Below are positions 11,977 through 25,239 of a stretch of 64,000 bases of DNA, piece by piece. Each line of letters opens with the position of its first letter. The stretch's first letter is position 1. The translations under genes and the position numbers were made by a program. This DNA comes from Isurus oxyrinchus (Eukaryota), in NCBI GenBank assembly GCA_026770705.1, contig JANJGN010000020.1, positions 32,984,001 to 33,048,000 of the forward strand. The letters are read 5' to 3'. The notes under the pieces were generated by a model, which worked only from the letters and a program-made list of their open reading frames with translations, was not told the origin of the DNA and did not search any database.

Positions 11977-13961
11977 GTTTCCCTCATCAGTCCTCTATTT
12001 CACCTCTTCAAAAAACTCCAGAAAGTTAGTTAAACATGATTTTACCTTAAGAAGTCCATGCTGGCACGTCCTAATTAACCCACATTTTTCCATGTGACTA
12101 TTAATTCTATCCAGAATAATTGTTTCTAGAAGCCTCCCCACCACCCAAGTTATACTGACTGGTCTGTAATTGCTGGGCTTATCGTTACAACCATTTTTTG
12201 AACAAATGTTTGCAATTCTCCAGTCCTCTGGCACCTTCCCTTAGTCTAGGGAAGATGGAAAGATTATGGCCAGTGCCCCTGCAATTCAATATCCTTGGAT
12301 GCACCTTATCCTGTCCCAGTGCCTTGTCAACTTCAAGTACTGACAGTTTCTCCAACACCTTTTTATAAATTTTGAGTCCTTCTAGTGACAGAGTTTCCTC
12401 CTTTGTCACCATGGCCAGTGTAGTATCTGCTTCCTTGATAAAGACAGATGAATTCATCGAACACCTCAGCCATGGTCCCTGCCTCCATGTGTAAATCCCC
12501 TTTTTGTCACGAATTATCCCTACTCCTTTTCCCACCCTTTTACTATTTATGTGCCAATAGAAGGCTTTGGGATTCCCCTTTATGTTGGCTGCCAGTCTTT
12601 TCTCATAATCCTTCCCCGCTTCTCTTATTTGCTTTGTCACCTCTCCTCTGAACCTTTTGTATTCAGCTTGGTTCTCAATTGTATTTTCTACCTGACACTT
12701 ATCATAAGCGTATTTTTTCTTCTTTATCTTAATTTCTATCTCTTTTTCCATCCAGGGAGCTCTGGATTTGTTTGCCCGACCTTTCCCTTTTGAAGGGATA
12801 TACCTCAACTGAGCTGGAACCATTTCTTCTTTGAAGGTAGCCCATTTTTCTACTACGGTTTTTCCCGCCAACCTTTGGTTGCCATCTATCCAGCCCAGTT
12901 CCGTTCTTGCCCCATTGAAGTCACTCTCCCCCAGTTAATTATTCTTACTTTGGATTGCCCATTGTCCTTTTCTACCTTCATCCTAAACCTTATGCTACAA
13001 AGATCACTGTCTCCTAAATGTTCCCCCACTAACATTTGATCTACTTGGCCCATCTCATTTCCAAGAAGCAGATCTAGTAGTGCCTCATTTCTTGTTGGAC
13101 TGGATACATACTGCTGTAGAAAATTCTCCTGGACACACTTTAGGATCTCTTTCCCCTCCCTGCTCTTTACACTAACACTATCCCAGTCTATATTTGGGTA
13201 ATTAAAGTCCCCAATTATAACGACTCTATAATGTCCACATCACTCTGTAATTTCCCTGTAGATGTGTTCCTCCACACCTTTCCCATTAGTTGGTGGCCTA
13301 TAGACTACAACGAGCAATGTAATTGTACCCTTTTTGTTCCTTAGCTCTAGCCAAATCGATTATGTCCTTGAACCCTCTGGGACATCCTCTTTCTCCAGCA
13401 CTACAATGCTCTCCTTGACAACACCGCCAGCCCTCCTCCTTCTTGTCCTATCTTTCCTGAACACCTTGTACCCAGGAATATTTAACACCCAGCCCTGTCC
13501 TTCCTTGAGCCAGGTCTCTGTTATCATCACAACTTCATAATTCCGCATGGCAATCTGCATCTGTAACTCAATCTTATTTACTATACTCTATTCCTTCACA
13601 TACAATGCAATATAACCCTGATTTAGTCTTCATTATTTTCTCCCTTACTCCAACTCCGTCTATTCACTTACTATTCTCTATTCTAGTGCTACTATCCTTC
13701 CCAGTATTTTGTGCACCTTGGTATTACTCTCTAGTATTCCCTCCTGGTTCCCACACCCATGCCAAGTTAGTTTAAAGCCCCCTATGCCCCCCACCCCCCC
13801 CCACCCCGACCCCACCACCACTCACAACCGCATCAGCAAAATGTCCTGCAAGGAACTCAGTCCCAACTCTGTTCAGGTGCACCCCTGTCCAGCTTGGACA
13901 GCTGCCATCTCCCCAACAGCCAGTCACAATGTCCCAGGAATCTAAAGCCTTCCCTCCTGCA

Positions 13962-14369
13962 TCATCTTTTCAGCCACACATTCATATGCTTTATCCTCCT
14001 ATCTCTATACTCACTTGAATGTAACATTGAGAGTAATCCAGAGGTTACTACTTTTGAAGTCCTACTTGCTAATTTTCTACCTAGTTCCCTAAATTCTGCC
14101 TGCAGGACCACATCCCCCTTTCCACCCAAGTCATTGGTACCAAAGTGGACCATGAACTCTGGCTGTTCACCCTCCCCCAGAAGAATGTCCTGCAACCACT
14201 CGGTGACATCCTTGACCCTGACACCAAGGAAACAAAATACCATCCTGGTGTCATGTCTACAGCCGCAGAATTGTGTGTTTGTTCCCCTCACTAACAAATC
14301 CCTATCACAATTGCTCTTTCTTTCTTCTTTGTCCCCTCCTGTATAGCTGAGCCACTCGTGGTACAACAA
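13962..14369 (-). pseudogene. CR1 ORF1 SGNH/GDSL esterase domain relic
   Basis: DLLVRG…FCG…RMVFCFLGVRVKDV…GEGEQPEFMVHFGTND matches the CR1 ORF1 esterase blocks (GDS…GTND). Confidence 0.85.
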
Positions 14370-17300
14370 ACTTGCTCAAACTTCACTCCACTGAGGAAAC
14401 AACGCCCCCACCAGTATCCAAAACAGGAAGCCAGTTAACAAACTCCTGCATTACTTGCCTGGTTCTCTTGGACTGCCTAAAGCGGCAATCACCCATTCTC
14501 TTTTGTCTCCATGCTCCTAACCTACGGTGTGACCACCTCTCTGAACGTGCTATCCATGTAGCTCTCAACTTCGTGGATATGCCACAGTGACTCCAGCTGC
14601 CGCTCAAGGTCCAAAACCTGGAGCTCAAGTTTCTGCAGCTGGCAGCACTTCCTGTGCATATGGTTAACTAGGTCACCAGTAGTGTCCACAACTTCACACA
14701 TATTACCGGACATGCATTCCACACAACTGAGCTGCCCTGCGTGTTAACTTTATTTCACTTTGGTTTACTTATGTTACTCCACATTACTGATCCTGACTTC
14801 CCCTTATTCCTAGTGTTTCTTACTCAAATTCAAAATAGTTACTACTTTAAGAATAATATGCTTTTCTAATTTATAACTATTTAAAGATACTCCCTAACAG
14901 CAGTTTCTTTCCAACCAGTGAACTTGCGGTTTTCCTGTGACATCACTGTTCATTTTTTTTCAAACTCAGCTCCGAACATGAGATTTACACCCAGGGTTAT
15001 TTCTGCTCAGCTATTCCTGTTCCTAACTTAGAATAATTCCTATGTATACCACACCTATTTCTCCTGTGCATCAGCCTAATTCACTACTCATTTGGTCTCT
15101 GTTTCACTCAGCATAGCTGCCTGGCTCCTTATGCGCCCCTTACTGACCATGCAGTTTGAAAGGCCTGTCTCTTTTATAGACCCTTTGATGAGTCACTAGC
15201 TAGTTTAGCTTCCTGCTACAGTGATTATTACCACTTGAAACACCACTGCTTTCAGGTGATTGACAGATAACTGCTACTCCAGGCTGTTCTCTACTTAACA
15301 AGCTAACCTAACTTACTTATGTCAGATCTTGATTCGTAATCTATCGTTAAACCTGAAAAGGACTTACCAAAACTTAGCACATCAGCCTAATTTTCTACTT
15401 ACTCAGTCTCCATATCAAAAATAACTTTATTTTATCATTTGACTGGAACCACCAGCGAGTTTTAAAAGATGTGTGTGTGCACGCGTGCCCTTGAAAGCAC
15501 GTGTGAGAGTTGGAGCATTTTTATTATTTTTACTTGGACCGGAAGTACAATAAATACTGTTCTCTTTTCTTTTTAAAAGCTTATAAGGAAACCTATATGT
15601 ATCTTTTACAGTTACAGCATGTAAACAATTAAACACTCACTGAATTAACAAGTATATCCTTTAAAAAAAAGCCTTGATGTGGTCAAACGAGGAATGGGAA
15701 AAGATGGGAGGCAGTCTACCCTTCCTCACCTGATCGTAACAGAATCAGTACCAAAGCAGGATGCAGTACTCCTGATGGAATCTGACCAAGTGTACAACAC
15801 AATCATCACTTCCTCATTTTTGTATTCCAACCCTCAGAAGATAAAGGCCAACATTTCATTCATCTTTTTGATTAAGTTTTGTTCCTGTGCCCAATCATTG
15901 ATAGTGTATGCTGAAAAGCTGAAGGCCCTGGGACTCAGATTCCTAAGGAAAGAAAGCTTTGCATTTATATGTCACCTATATTGATCACAGGATGTCTAAA
16001 AGTGATTTACATATTTGAAGTATAGACTCTGTTGTAATGTCGCTGGGGAACAACACTTGTTAAATCCTGCCAATCTGAGAATGTTCCATTTATCTCTAAT
16101 CTCTGTTCTTTACCTCTCAACTCATATCACAAGGTTACCTTCAACTCTGTGCACCTTTCGCTTTTGCTAATAATCCCTTGTGCAGTACCTTATGAAATGC
16201 CATCTGGGCATTCATATAGAGAACATCCATTGATACAAGGGTAGTAACATCCTCAAAAAAATCCAACTAGATTAATCAACATGTCCTACCCATCACAAGT
16301 GCATGTATCATTACAAATAGACATCACCAAAAAAGTAAACATTTGAAAAAAAGAATCAGTTGGTTGAGAGACCAGGCAACAGTGAGAAAGTGGTAAAAGT
16401 GGTTGTGGGTGATGAGGGGCAGGTGGTAGAAGAAATAGGTCCAGCATGCTTCCAGAGATATATGAGGAATTCAGATATTCATGGAGACGCTCTCAAACAC
16501 TGATACAAGGTTTCCATTATCTCGTAAATGGATCAGCTCATGGCAAAAAAGTTGGCAATACAGATGTCTCCTGTGGACTGCTGGAACATCTCTTTGACAT
16601 GAATACTGAGATTAGTGCATTAATGGTGGAATGTGAATGGCTACCTTTCCCTCTAGACTTTTTTAGACCATACTGGACATCTCAGTCTCAGCCTGCCTGC
16701 TGAGACTAGAATTCCTTATGCCCTGTTCCTTAGTCATACCCAGACAACTGTCAATGGAGAGGTATCTGCTGAGCATTGCGAATGGCCTGTGCCTTCTCCT
16801 CCTTCAGTGTTAGATAACTGCCAAATGCTGCTGCATCTGTGCACTAACATGAAAGCCTCCCCTATACTCGTATTTGCAGTCGTTGTTATGGTCACACTTC
16901 GAGGTCGTCTCTTCGCTGAGCTTTGTAATATTGTATCTGACCAGAGTTAAATTCTCTGCAGTTATGCATCTCTGCATCAGTTCTTATGATTCACCTTCTA
17001 CCATCTCTTCGTGATTTTAGATGGAAGCACAAAATACAGATAATTTTCTACTGATTTTGAACGCTTTTTACTTATACCTACATTTTTGTTAAAGTATAGT
17101 TAACTAGAAATAAATGCCAGAAATTGCAGGGGTTCTCCCAATTGGCTACCTTAACTTTAGTAGAAGATCAGTGGAAACCCCAGTTTTAGCATAAAATCAG
17201 AGCTTCTGCCAAAAGATCATCTGCCAAAGTTAAGGCTACTGATTGGGAAAACCTCAAAGGAAATCCCTAGTGTCAGATTTAATCAGTCATTACTTAATAA

Positions 17301-17596
17301 TCACAGGATCTTTTGCAATTATACCTCCCCAATGAAATAGTTCCTTATGTGCCTCAAATGAGACTTTACTGCTGTTTTTCACTTTTGTGATTCACACAAG
17401 TGGTTAGCCAGCTCATTCTGTAATATAAAAACCCATTTTTCCTCCACCTCCTCCTCCACTGTTGCCAAATGCTCCAACACCTATGCACTCAAGCAAAAGA
17501 CACCTCTGCATTAATCCTTTCAGGAAAAGGATATTACATACATTACAGTCAGTGAATTAATTAGACAAGTATAAAAAAAAGACCTTTTATCTTAAT

Positions 17597-18835
17597 GAAC
17601 AGATTTTTACAGTCCCTCGCTAGCGGGTTTGCAGGTGGTGGCAAGACCTGTAAAATTCTGCAGGTGTCCTTCCCACCAGCTACCTGCCTTCCCCTGACCT
17701 GGGAGCAGTTTTTCTGCACTAGGGCGGCCTGCCCACCCTCGCCCCAATTGAGATCCTTAAGTAGCCAGTTAACGGCCACCTTTTTTTAATCATTCATGGC
17801 ATGTGGGCACTGCTAGCTAGGCCCACATTTATTGCCCATCACGTCCCATCCAGCCACAATTTTTAGGCAGACCAAACGAGGCCAGGAACAGAGGGGGAAA
17901 CCTGGCAGGTTAGCCTGCTCGGGCTTCAGGCAGGGAGGGGAAGGAATGCCTCCCTTACCTTTGCCAATCACCACCACCCGCCCCCCACCTACAAGGTCTG
18001 CCCCGCTGTGTGTCTCCTCACATTGCAACCTGACACTCACCCTTCCTGAGCATCCTCTACTGGCCCCGTCAAGAGACCCCCAGACTACCTGTATCCTTAG
18101 CACCCGGCAATCGCTGTGTCTCCTGCCAATGCAAAATGGCCGCCGATACCCATCTGCACATGTGCAGAAATCCAGTGACGTCACTGCTGGAGTTTGCAGC
18201 CTGGAGCTGAGTGGCAGAAGGGAGAAGAATGAGGAGAGGCAATATAGTTTAATACTCACAGCAACCTACAATCCACTTATACTATTGGGATAGTGAGACA
18301 GAGTTTAGAAACACTGACCAACATGACTGTAGTAAAATATCCCACAAAGCTTTTACCTTCCAGTCTACAAATCTGTCCCTTCTAACCCCCTGTAAAAAGT
18401 TTCCAAAATCCATCACTGTCAGTCCAGGACAGAAATTCACAAAATTCTCTCCTCCTGATGCCAGGGGCAGTGATGACCACGAATGAGCCCTGCTGCACAT
18501 TGCCCCCTATAAAGTTGGCAGCCACTAACCTGGGTCTACCATCAGCATGGTGTTGGTAGCAAACAGAGCCCCCAGCAATTTGTTCTATAGGATTTGGTTT
18601 AGTCCCAGCAGTGGCCACCTTCCCTGGTATTGCTGCTGGGTCTAGAGAGCTGCCTGCCAGTCAGATGGCCAGTAGCTCTCCGAGGTGGAACTTCTTACCC
18701 AGTTAATTTTTACCCAATTAACCACAGAGCGTTAATTGGCTGCAGGGCAGCCATCAGGAGCAAGGTTGTGTTCCTTGATGACTTTTTGGTAACAAGACGG
18801 GAAGCCCTGCCATCTAAAAAAATTCTGTCTGCAGG
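17597..18835. mobile_element. GC-rich non-autonomous DNA-transposon-like repeat(s), with a family-B LINE tail inserted at ~17790-17840
   Basis: Ends ACAGATTTTT … AAAAATTCTGT are inverted; the internal CCAATT…CTTAAGT.GCCA.TTAA motif is shared with 52300-52912 and 59483-60127. Confidence 0.4.
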
Positions 18836-18994
18836 TTAGCAATATTCCATATCTAACCTAAGATTGTATATATGTCTGTAAAATGTTCTTTTCCATCAAT
18901 TACCCCACATACAAGAAAGTGAATATCATGCAGCATGTTTTAAACATTGTTTTGTGGCAATAGGTGCAAATCTCCAAAGACTATTCATAGTGTG

Positions 18995-19170
18995 TCATAG
19001 GAACATAGGACTAAGGAGCAAGAGTAGGCCATCAGCCCTTCGAGCCTGCTCTGTCATTCAATAAAATCATCACTGATCTGGTTGTGTCTCACTCCACTTA
19101 GCTGTCTGCCACCCCCCACCCACCCCCATAACCTTTGATTCCCTTGTCTATCAAAAATCTAACTTTGTCT
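18995..19170 (-). mobile_element. CR1 3' UTR fragment
   Basis: CATAGGAACATAGG…GAGTAGGCCAT.AGCCCTTCGAGCCTGCTC is the reverse complement of the CR1 tail also seen at 35930-35990. Confidence 0.7.
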
Positions 19171-21479
19171 GAACAAAGGAGCTATAACTGATTATTTTCC
19201 CTGGCGAGGGCTTTTTGTTATACCCTCAATGATTTTTTTTTCTGCTATAAGTTATATTGTTTTTCTTATTTCAGCACCAGAACAAACTATCCTAGATTTC
19301 TCATTAATTTTTGCTTTTTGCCAATCTTCAGCTCCCTTACTAAGCTGTATCTTTGAGAACTTCTGAACATTCCATTTTTCCATATAACTTTGAATCATTC
19401 ACTTGTAGCATTTTGTGCAGTTCTCTGGGGATTCCATCAGTCACATCTGCCCAATTAGAACTGTTACCATTGATATCTATCCTTGGTTTTCCATTGTCTA
19501 AACAATTAATAATTCACTGCTGCACTTCATATTAAATGCGACAAGCTTTCACTTTCATCATAAATCTCCTGTTAAGTACCTTTTCATTTATTGTGCGAGT
19601 GCCAAGAAACAAAGCAACCACCTTGCTTTGATTCACCAACTATAACATCCTCAAAGAATTTCAATAAATCCACTTTGGTTTTGATAAACTAACATTGATA
19701 TGGATTTTTTGCTGTTACTCTCAATATGCATTGAAGAATTGTTTCCTTTCTATTTGTCATGAATTGTAGTATTATTTGCATAGCATAGAAGCATTTCTTT
19801 TGTATTTTATGAAAGCCTCAATGGGATTTATGGCTTTTATAGATTGCAGGCCTTCTCTTAAGTTTATATTCTTGTATAAATCAATACACTCCTCCTCTCT
19901 CTGAAGGTGTATTCTGTTTACTACCCTTCCCTGTAATTAACATGAACAATTTAATTTAGGTGTATGTTTAGGTGATGCAAACATTTCAGCAGTAGATTAA
20001 TATGGTAATTTTGAGCAGCAGGAAACCAGTGGAGTGCAAGAACTAGTAGAATGGATAGGCCTGAGCTGTATCTAACATTTGGTTTGGACCTCAATATCAT
20101 CCATCTAGTGAGCTGGAGACAAGTTCATGGGCAGCTACAGGCAGCTAGCTAGGGAAGGTGCTTTGAAGATTGAGCTGCTGCACCACCAGAAAAGTGCCTA
20201 AAGCCTATTTCAGATGCAAGCTCCAGATAGCGATTTTATTTTGCCTCTATATGGTACTATGCAAATCCCTTGCCCATATTGAGCTTGTTCTTCCTGTCTG
20301 CCAACTTCGAGGTTTAGACACCTGTTTAGTGCCCAAAATAAAGGGTGTGGTGGTATAAGATTTCTAGGCCATAGCTTTGCCACATCATCACCCACAATGA
20401 GGTGCCATGCAAGTACACTTCAGAAATTCGCAGTTTACTGCCCGCAATTTCATTGTCCATTAACTTCGATGGGTGGAAAATCAGAGAGCTGAAGGATGCA
20501 ATTTTTCAATGAATGCTCATGGCACTGCAAGGTAAATTCCTCCAGATAAAGATTGGAAAAATATATGCTTAAGTATCAAAGTAATGCAATTAACAACAAC
20601 CATTTTCTTTTCTAAATATCTTATGCCTCCATATAAAACTCTCACAAGGATGTATCTGTATAGGTGACATAATGCATTTGAACAGCCCCTCAAACATTCA
20701 TGTCTATTTATGTAAATTATTTACTTAATCTGACAGATTTGCCCCAATCTGTAATCACTTTCCCTGACATTTGGAGAGCAAATACTATTTGGAACTAATC
20801 CAAAAGTAACTCATTACTGAGTAACATGTCTATGACCTTAATGGGAAAAGATAAATCAAAACTGATTAGCTGAAGCTTCTAAATAAAGTTTGGATAGTTA
20901 AATAAATACCTTTAACATGTAAATAATTTAAATATAAAGGCAAGAAAGTTAATGTTAAAACCAAATTCAACTAGCAAAGGGCACACTCAATGCTAATTTA
21001 AACATTTAAATAGATTAATGGAAGCAGTTCCAAAATATTTTGCTTTCAGTATTGACTATACTAACACAACCAATGCTAAATATTCTATGTTCGTACTATC
21101 ATTGAAATTCCTGATTATTAACATTGGTGCGCAGTATTTCATCACTCTCTTCCTGTTGTATACATTGATATGTGGCTCTTCAAACAGCCATAAAACTGCA
21201 CATATGGCAGACTCAGCTTTTTCTTTACAATGTGACTATTTCTCCGTCATCTGTGCATTGTGATTAATCCTAATTCCACTATGTGTTATCAATTAGTGTC
21301 ATTATTACAGATGCTCACAGTAAACACCGCTGGCATTTTGCAGCAGATATGAAAATTAGCTAAGAACTTATGAAAATTATTACCATCATGCAGCAGAAGG
21401 TTAACAAAGATTTTGGAGTAAAACAGAAGCATTTAAGACCGTAACTTGTAGATTTTCTTTAATTATCAGAAAATGGCAT

Positions 21480-22145
21480 CAAATCATGGCAATCATCGTG
21501 AAGTTTGTGGACTTGACTGTGCCACCTGACTTAATTGATTTGAATGTCCTGTCAGCCTCGTCTATCTTAACTGTGGTGGCTGTCCTGATTGAACATTAAC
21601 TTTAATTGCCTTGATGCATTTGCTGTCTTCACTTTTTTGGCTGCCTTAGCTGCCCTGACAACACTGACTGTCCAATCATCCTGTCATGGATGCATTCATT
21701 ATTTTGACTGTTTTTCTTTTGTCCATACTGTCTGCTTGTTTCAATTTGTATACCGATTGGCTCTATTTTGTTCATAGCCTTGACTTTCCTGACTACGTTG
21801 GCTGCCTCAGATGATCTGACTTGATTTACTATCATGAAGCCTAACTGTCTTGATTGTGTTGACGATCTCTGACTTTATTCACTGCTGCGATATAGATTGG
21901 ACTGTTTTGACTGCCTTCATGAATCTAACCTCTCTTATTTACTTTGACAGTCCCAGTTGTCTCACAACTTTAACTATATTGATTATCTTATTTGTGCTGG
22001 CTATCCTGACTGTCTTGCTTGTGTTGATTCTTCTGAATGGCCTGAGTATCCTAGCTATCTTGACAATTGCCTTCCTTGACTACATTAATTGTGTTGGTGG
22101 CCTCACCATTTTGACTGTTTTAACTATCTCAGCTGTCTTGCTTTC
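21480..22145. repeat. Highly decayed ~9-bp-period tandem repeat (unit ~TTGACTGTC)
   Basis: Recurrent (T/C)TGACT(G/A)T motifs about 9 nt apart; they give the (L-T-x)n pattern in ORF 21850..22170. Confidence 0.6.
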
Positions 22146-22319
22146 CCAGAGACTCAAAAGAGCAGAGTAGTATGTTACAAATAAATGACACCATCTAGAG
22201 AAAATACAAAAAAAATCAAAAACAGTAGGAAGCTGCATGAAACAGCCATATTATCCTAATCCAAACTGTTGGCCAATTCTTATTTAAAATCATCTTTGCC
22301 ATTTATTTTCTATTACATC

Positions 22320-22780
22320 TTTCATTCATTCACAAGATGTGGGCATTACTGGCAAGCATGTATTGCCTAACCCCAATTGTCCTTGAGAAGGTTGTGATGA
22401 GCTACCTGCTTAAACTGTTGCAGACTGTGTGGTGCAAGTACCACCATACTACTGTTAGGGACTGAGTTACAAGATTTTGACCCAATGATGATGAAGGAAC
22501 AGCAACATATTTTCTAGTCAGGATAGTATGTAACTTGGAGGGGAAATTGCAGGTGGTGGTGTTCCTCTGTGCATATTCCCTTGTCCTTCTAGGTGGTAGA
22601 GGTCACAGGTTTGGGAGGTACAGTTGAAGGAATGTAGTTGTTGCATTGCATATTGTATATGCACCATACAGCAGCCACATTGCAATGATGGTGGAAGGAA
22701 TGAATGTGTGCAGATCAAGCAGGGTACTTTGATGGGGAAGGTGTTGAGTTTCTCAAATGTTGTTGGAACTGTGCTCATAG
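22320..22780 (-). mobile_element. CR1-group LINE family B 3' fragment
   Basis: Reverse complement homologous to 6200-6590 and 63770-64000. Confidence 0.75.
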
Positions 22781-24120
22781 AATCATAAAATGATTGCATC
22801 ACAGGAGGAGGTCATTCAGCTCATTGAGTCCATGCTGGCTCCCTGCAAGAGAAATTTAGTTCCACTCCCCAAACCTCTTCCTATAGTCCTGTAAATCTTT
22901 TCCCTTCAGGTGCATATCCAATTTCCTTTAGAAAGTAAATATTGAATCTGCCCCCTAAACCTTTTCAGGCAATACATTCCAGATCATAATAACTTACTGC
23001 ATAAAAAAGATTTTCCTTATGCCACCTTTAGATCTTCTGCCAATTACTTTAAATTAGCGTCCTCTGGTACTCGACTCTTCTGCTAACGGGGACAGTTTCT
23101 CTCTCTATCTACTCTGTCTAGGCACCTCACAATTTTGAACACTTCTATCAAATCTCCTCTCGACCTTCCCTTCTCTAGGGAAAACAACCCCAGCTTCTTC
23201 ATTTTATCCACATAACTAAAGCCCCTTATCTCTGAAAACATTCTCGTAAACCTTTTCTGCAACATCCTGAATGCCTTCACATCTTTCTGAAAGTGTGATG
23301 CCCTGTGCTGGTTACAGACAGTATCTGTTAAAGAAGTCTTCATAGTCTTCTGTATTTCAATAGCAAGTCATAGAGTTATACAGCACAGAAACAGGCCCTT
23401 TGGCCCATCGTATCCATGCTGGCCATCAAGCACCTATCTATTCTAATCCAATTTTCCAGCTTTTGGCCCATAGCCCTTTTTGAAACTACTTGTAACTATA
23501 AACAAATGTACAAAGGGTACAGGCATAGAACTATCTCCATGTTAGAACTTAACAGGTCTCTGGCCCCCACCACACTGATCATAGGTTTAGGTCATGTGTC
23601 TTGTTACATCACTTTGTGGGTGGTGCTATACTCAGTCCCACATTAACCCTGTAGGCACCAGACTCTCCTACTACACCCAGAAAAGGACACAATACACCAG
23701 CTGAGATTGAACAAGTGTTTTGTGAATCTCAACATAATTTCCTTGCTTCTATACTCCCATGCCTCTATTTATAAAGCTCAGGATCACATATGCCTTTATA
23801 ACAACTTTCTCAACCCATTCTGCCCCCTTCAGAAATGTGCTCTTTAGCTTACATTGCCTCTCCTCATTCGATCAAACTTTACACTTCTCTGCATTAAATT
23901 GTATCTGGCATCTGTCCACCCATTCCAACAGCCTGTCTGTGTCCTCTTCAAGTCCATCACTATACTCCTTCACTACACTTCCAAGCATTGTGCTATATTC
24001 AAATTTTGCCCTGCACACACAAGTTTAGGTCATTAATATAGATCAAGAAAAGCAGTGGTCCTATTATTGACCCCTAGAAATTGTATCCCTTTCTTCTGTT
24101 CGAAAGCCAACCATTCCAAC
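22780..24120 (-). mobile_element. CR1 LINE 3'/RT fragments (interrupted by the PLE; continues ~28500-28580)
   Basis: ORF 23083..23343 KKLGLFSLEKGRSRGDLIEVFKI; RT relic 23690-24120; (CATAGAAT)-type tail at 22777. Confidence 0.8.
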
Positions 24121-24224
24121 CAGTAGATAAAAACAAAAAAACTGCGGATGCTGGAAATCCAAAACAAAAACAGAATTACCTGGAAAAACTCAGCAGGTCT
24201 GGCAGCATCGGCAGAGAAGAAAAG

Positions 24225-24263
24225 AGTTGACGTTTCGAGTCCTCATGACCCTTCGACAGAACT
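24225..24263 (-). ncRNA. Minimal hammerhead ribozyme motif, inverted pLTR copy
   Basis: Exact reverse complement of 28406-28444. Confidence 0.7.
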
Positions 24264-24319
24264 TGAGTGAGTCCAAGAAAGAGTTGAAATATAAGCTGGT
24301 TTAAGGTGTGTGGCGGGGG

Positions 24320-24350
<31 letters not shown>

Positions 24351-24661
24351 GGAGGGGGTTGGTGTGGTTGTAGGGACAAACAAGCAGTGATAGAAGCAAA
24401 TCATCAAAAGATGTCACAAACAACAGAACAAAAGAACACATAGATGTTAAAGTTGGTGATATTATCTAAACGAATGTGCTAATTAAGAATGGGTGGTAGG
24501 GCACTCAAGGTATAGCTCTAGTGGGGGTGGGGGGAGCATAAAATATTTAAAAATATTTAAAAATAATGGAAATAGTGGGAAAAGAAAAATCTATATAAAT
24601 TATTGGAAAAAAAACAAAAGGAAGGGGGAAACAGAAAGGGGATGGGGATGGAAGAGGGAGC

Positions 24662-25190
24662 TCAAGACCTAAAGTTGTTGAATTCAATATTCAGTCCAGA
24701 AGGCTGTAAAGTGCCTAGTCGGAAGATGAGGTGTTGTTCCTCCAGTTTGCGTTGGGCTTCACTGGAACAATGCAGCAAGCCAAGGACAGACATGTGGGCA
24801 AGAGAGCAGGGTGGAGTGTTAAAATGGCAAGCGACAGGGAGGTTTGGGTCATTCTTGCGGACAGACCGCAGGTGTTCTGCAAAGCGGTCGCCCAGTTTAC
24901 GTTTGGTCTCTCCAATGTAGAGGAGACCACATTGGGAGCAACGAATGCAGCAGACTAAGTTGGGGGAAATACAAGTGAAATGCTGCTTCACTTGAAAGGA
25001 GTGTTTGGGCCCTTGGACGGTGAGGAGAGAGGAAGTGAAGGGGCAGGTGTTGCATCTTTTGCATGGGCATGGGGTGGTGCCATAGGAGGGGGTTGAGGAG
25101 TAGGGGGTGATGGAGGAGTGGACCAGGGTGTCCCGGAGGGAACGATCCCTACGGAATGCCGACGGGGGGGGGGGGGGTGAAGGAAAGATG
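24662..25190 (-). pseudogene. Inverted duplicate of the PLE linker + GIY-YIG C-terminus
   Basis: ORF 24662..24991 is nearly identical to the last ~109 aa of the main ORF. Confidence 0.9.
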
Positions 25191-25239
25191 CAACGGTTTT
25201 TATCTCTGTGTTTAATTGACTGCCACTGCTCTTCAAGAA

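Larger units (their letters stand above)
7645..14750 (-). mobile_element. Near full-length degenerate CR1 LINE (ORF1 with SGNH esterase; ORF2 APE + RT), split by a Gypsy insertion at 8791-11976
   Basis: In order on the minus strand: Cys-rich ORF1 N-terminus (14522-14722), esterase (13962-14369), APE ITETWL…PGYKVFRKDR (13360-13560), RT NYRPVSIT…QHG (11995-12234), C-terminus LGLFSLERRRLRGDLIEVFKI (7730-8032). Confidence 0.92.

Noticed and set aside
16480-17010. CpG-containing unique segment that might be an exon
   Set aside because: No convincing splice pair and no recognisable peptide in any frame.
21850-22170. Hydrophobic ORF resembling a membrane protein
   Set aside because: Product of the decayed 9-bp repeat; non-ATG start and no splice or homology support.
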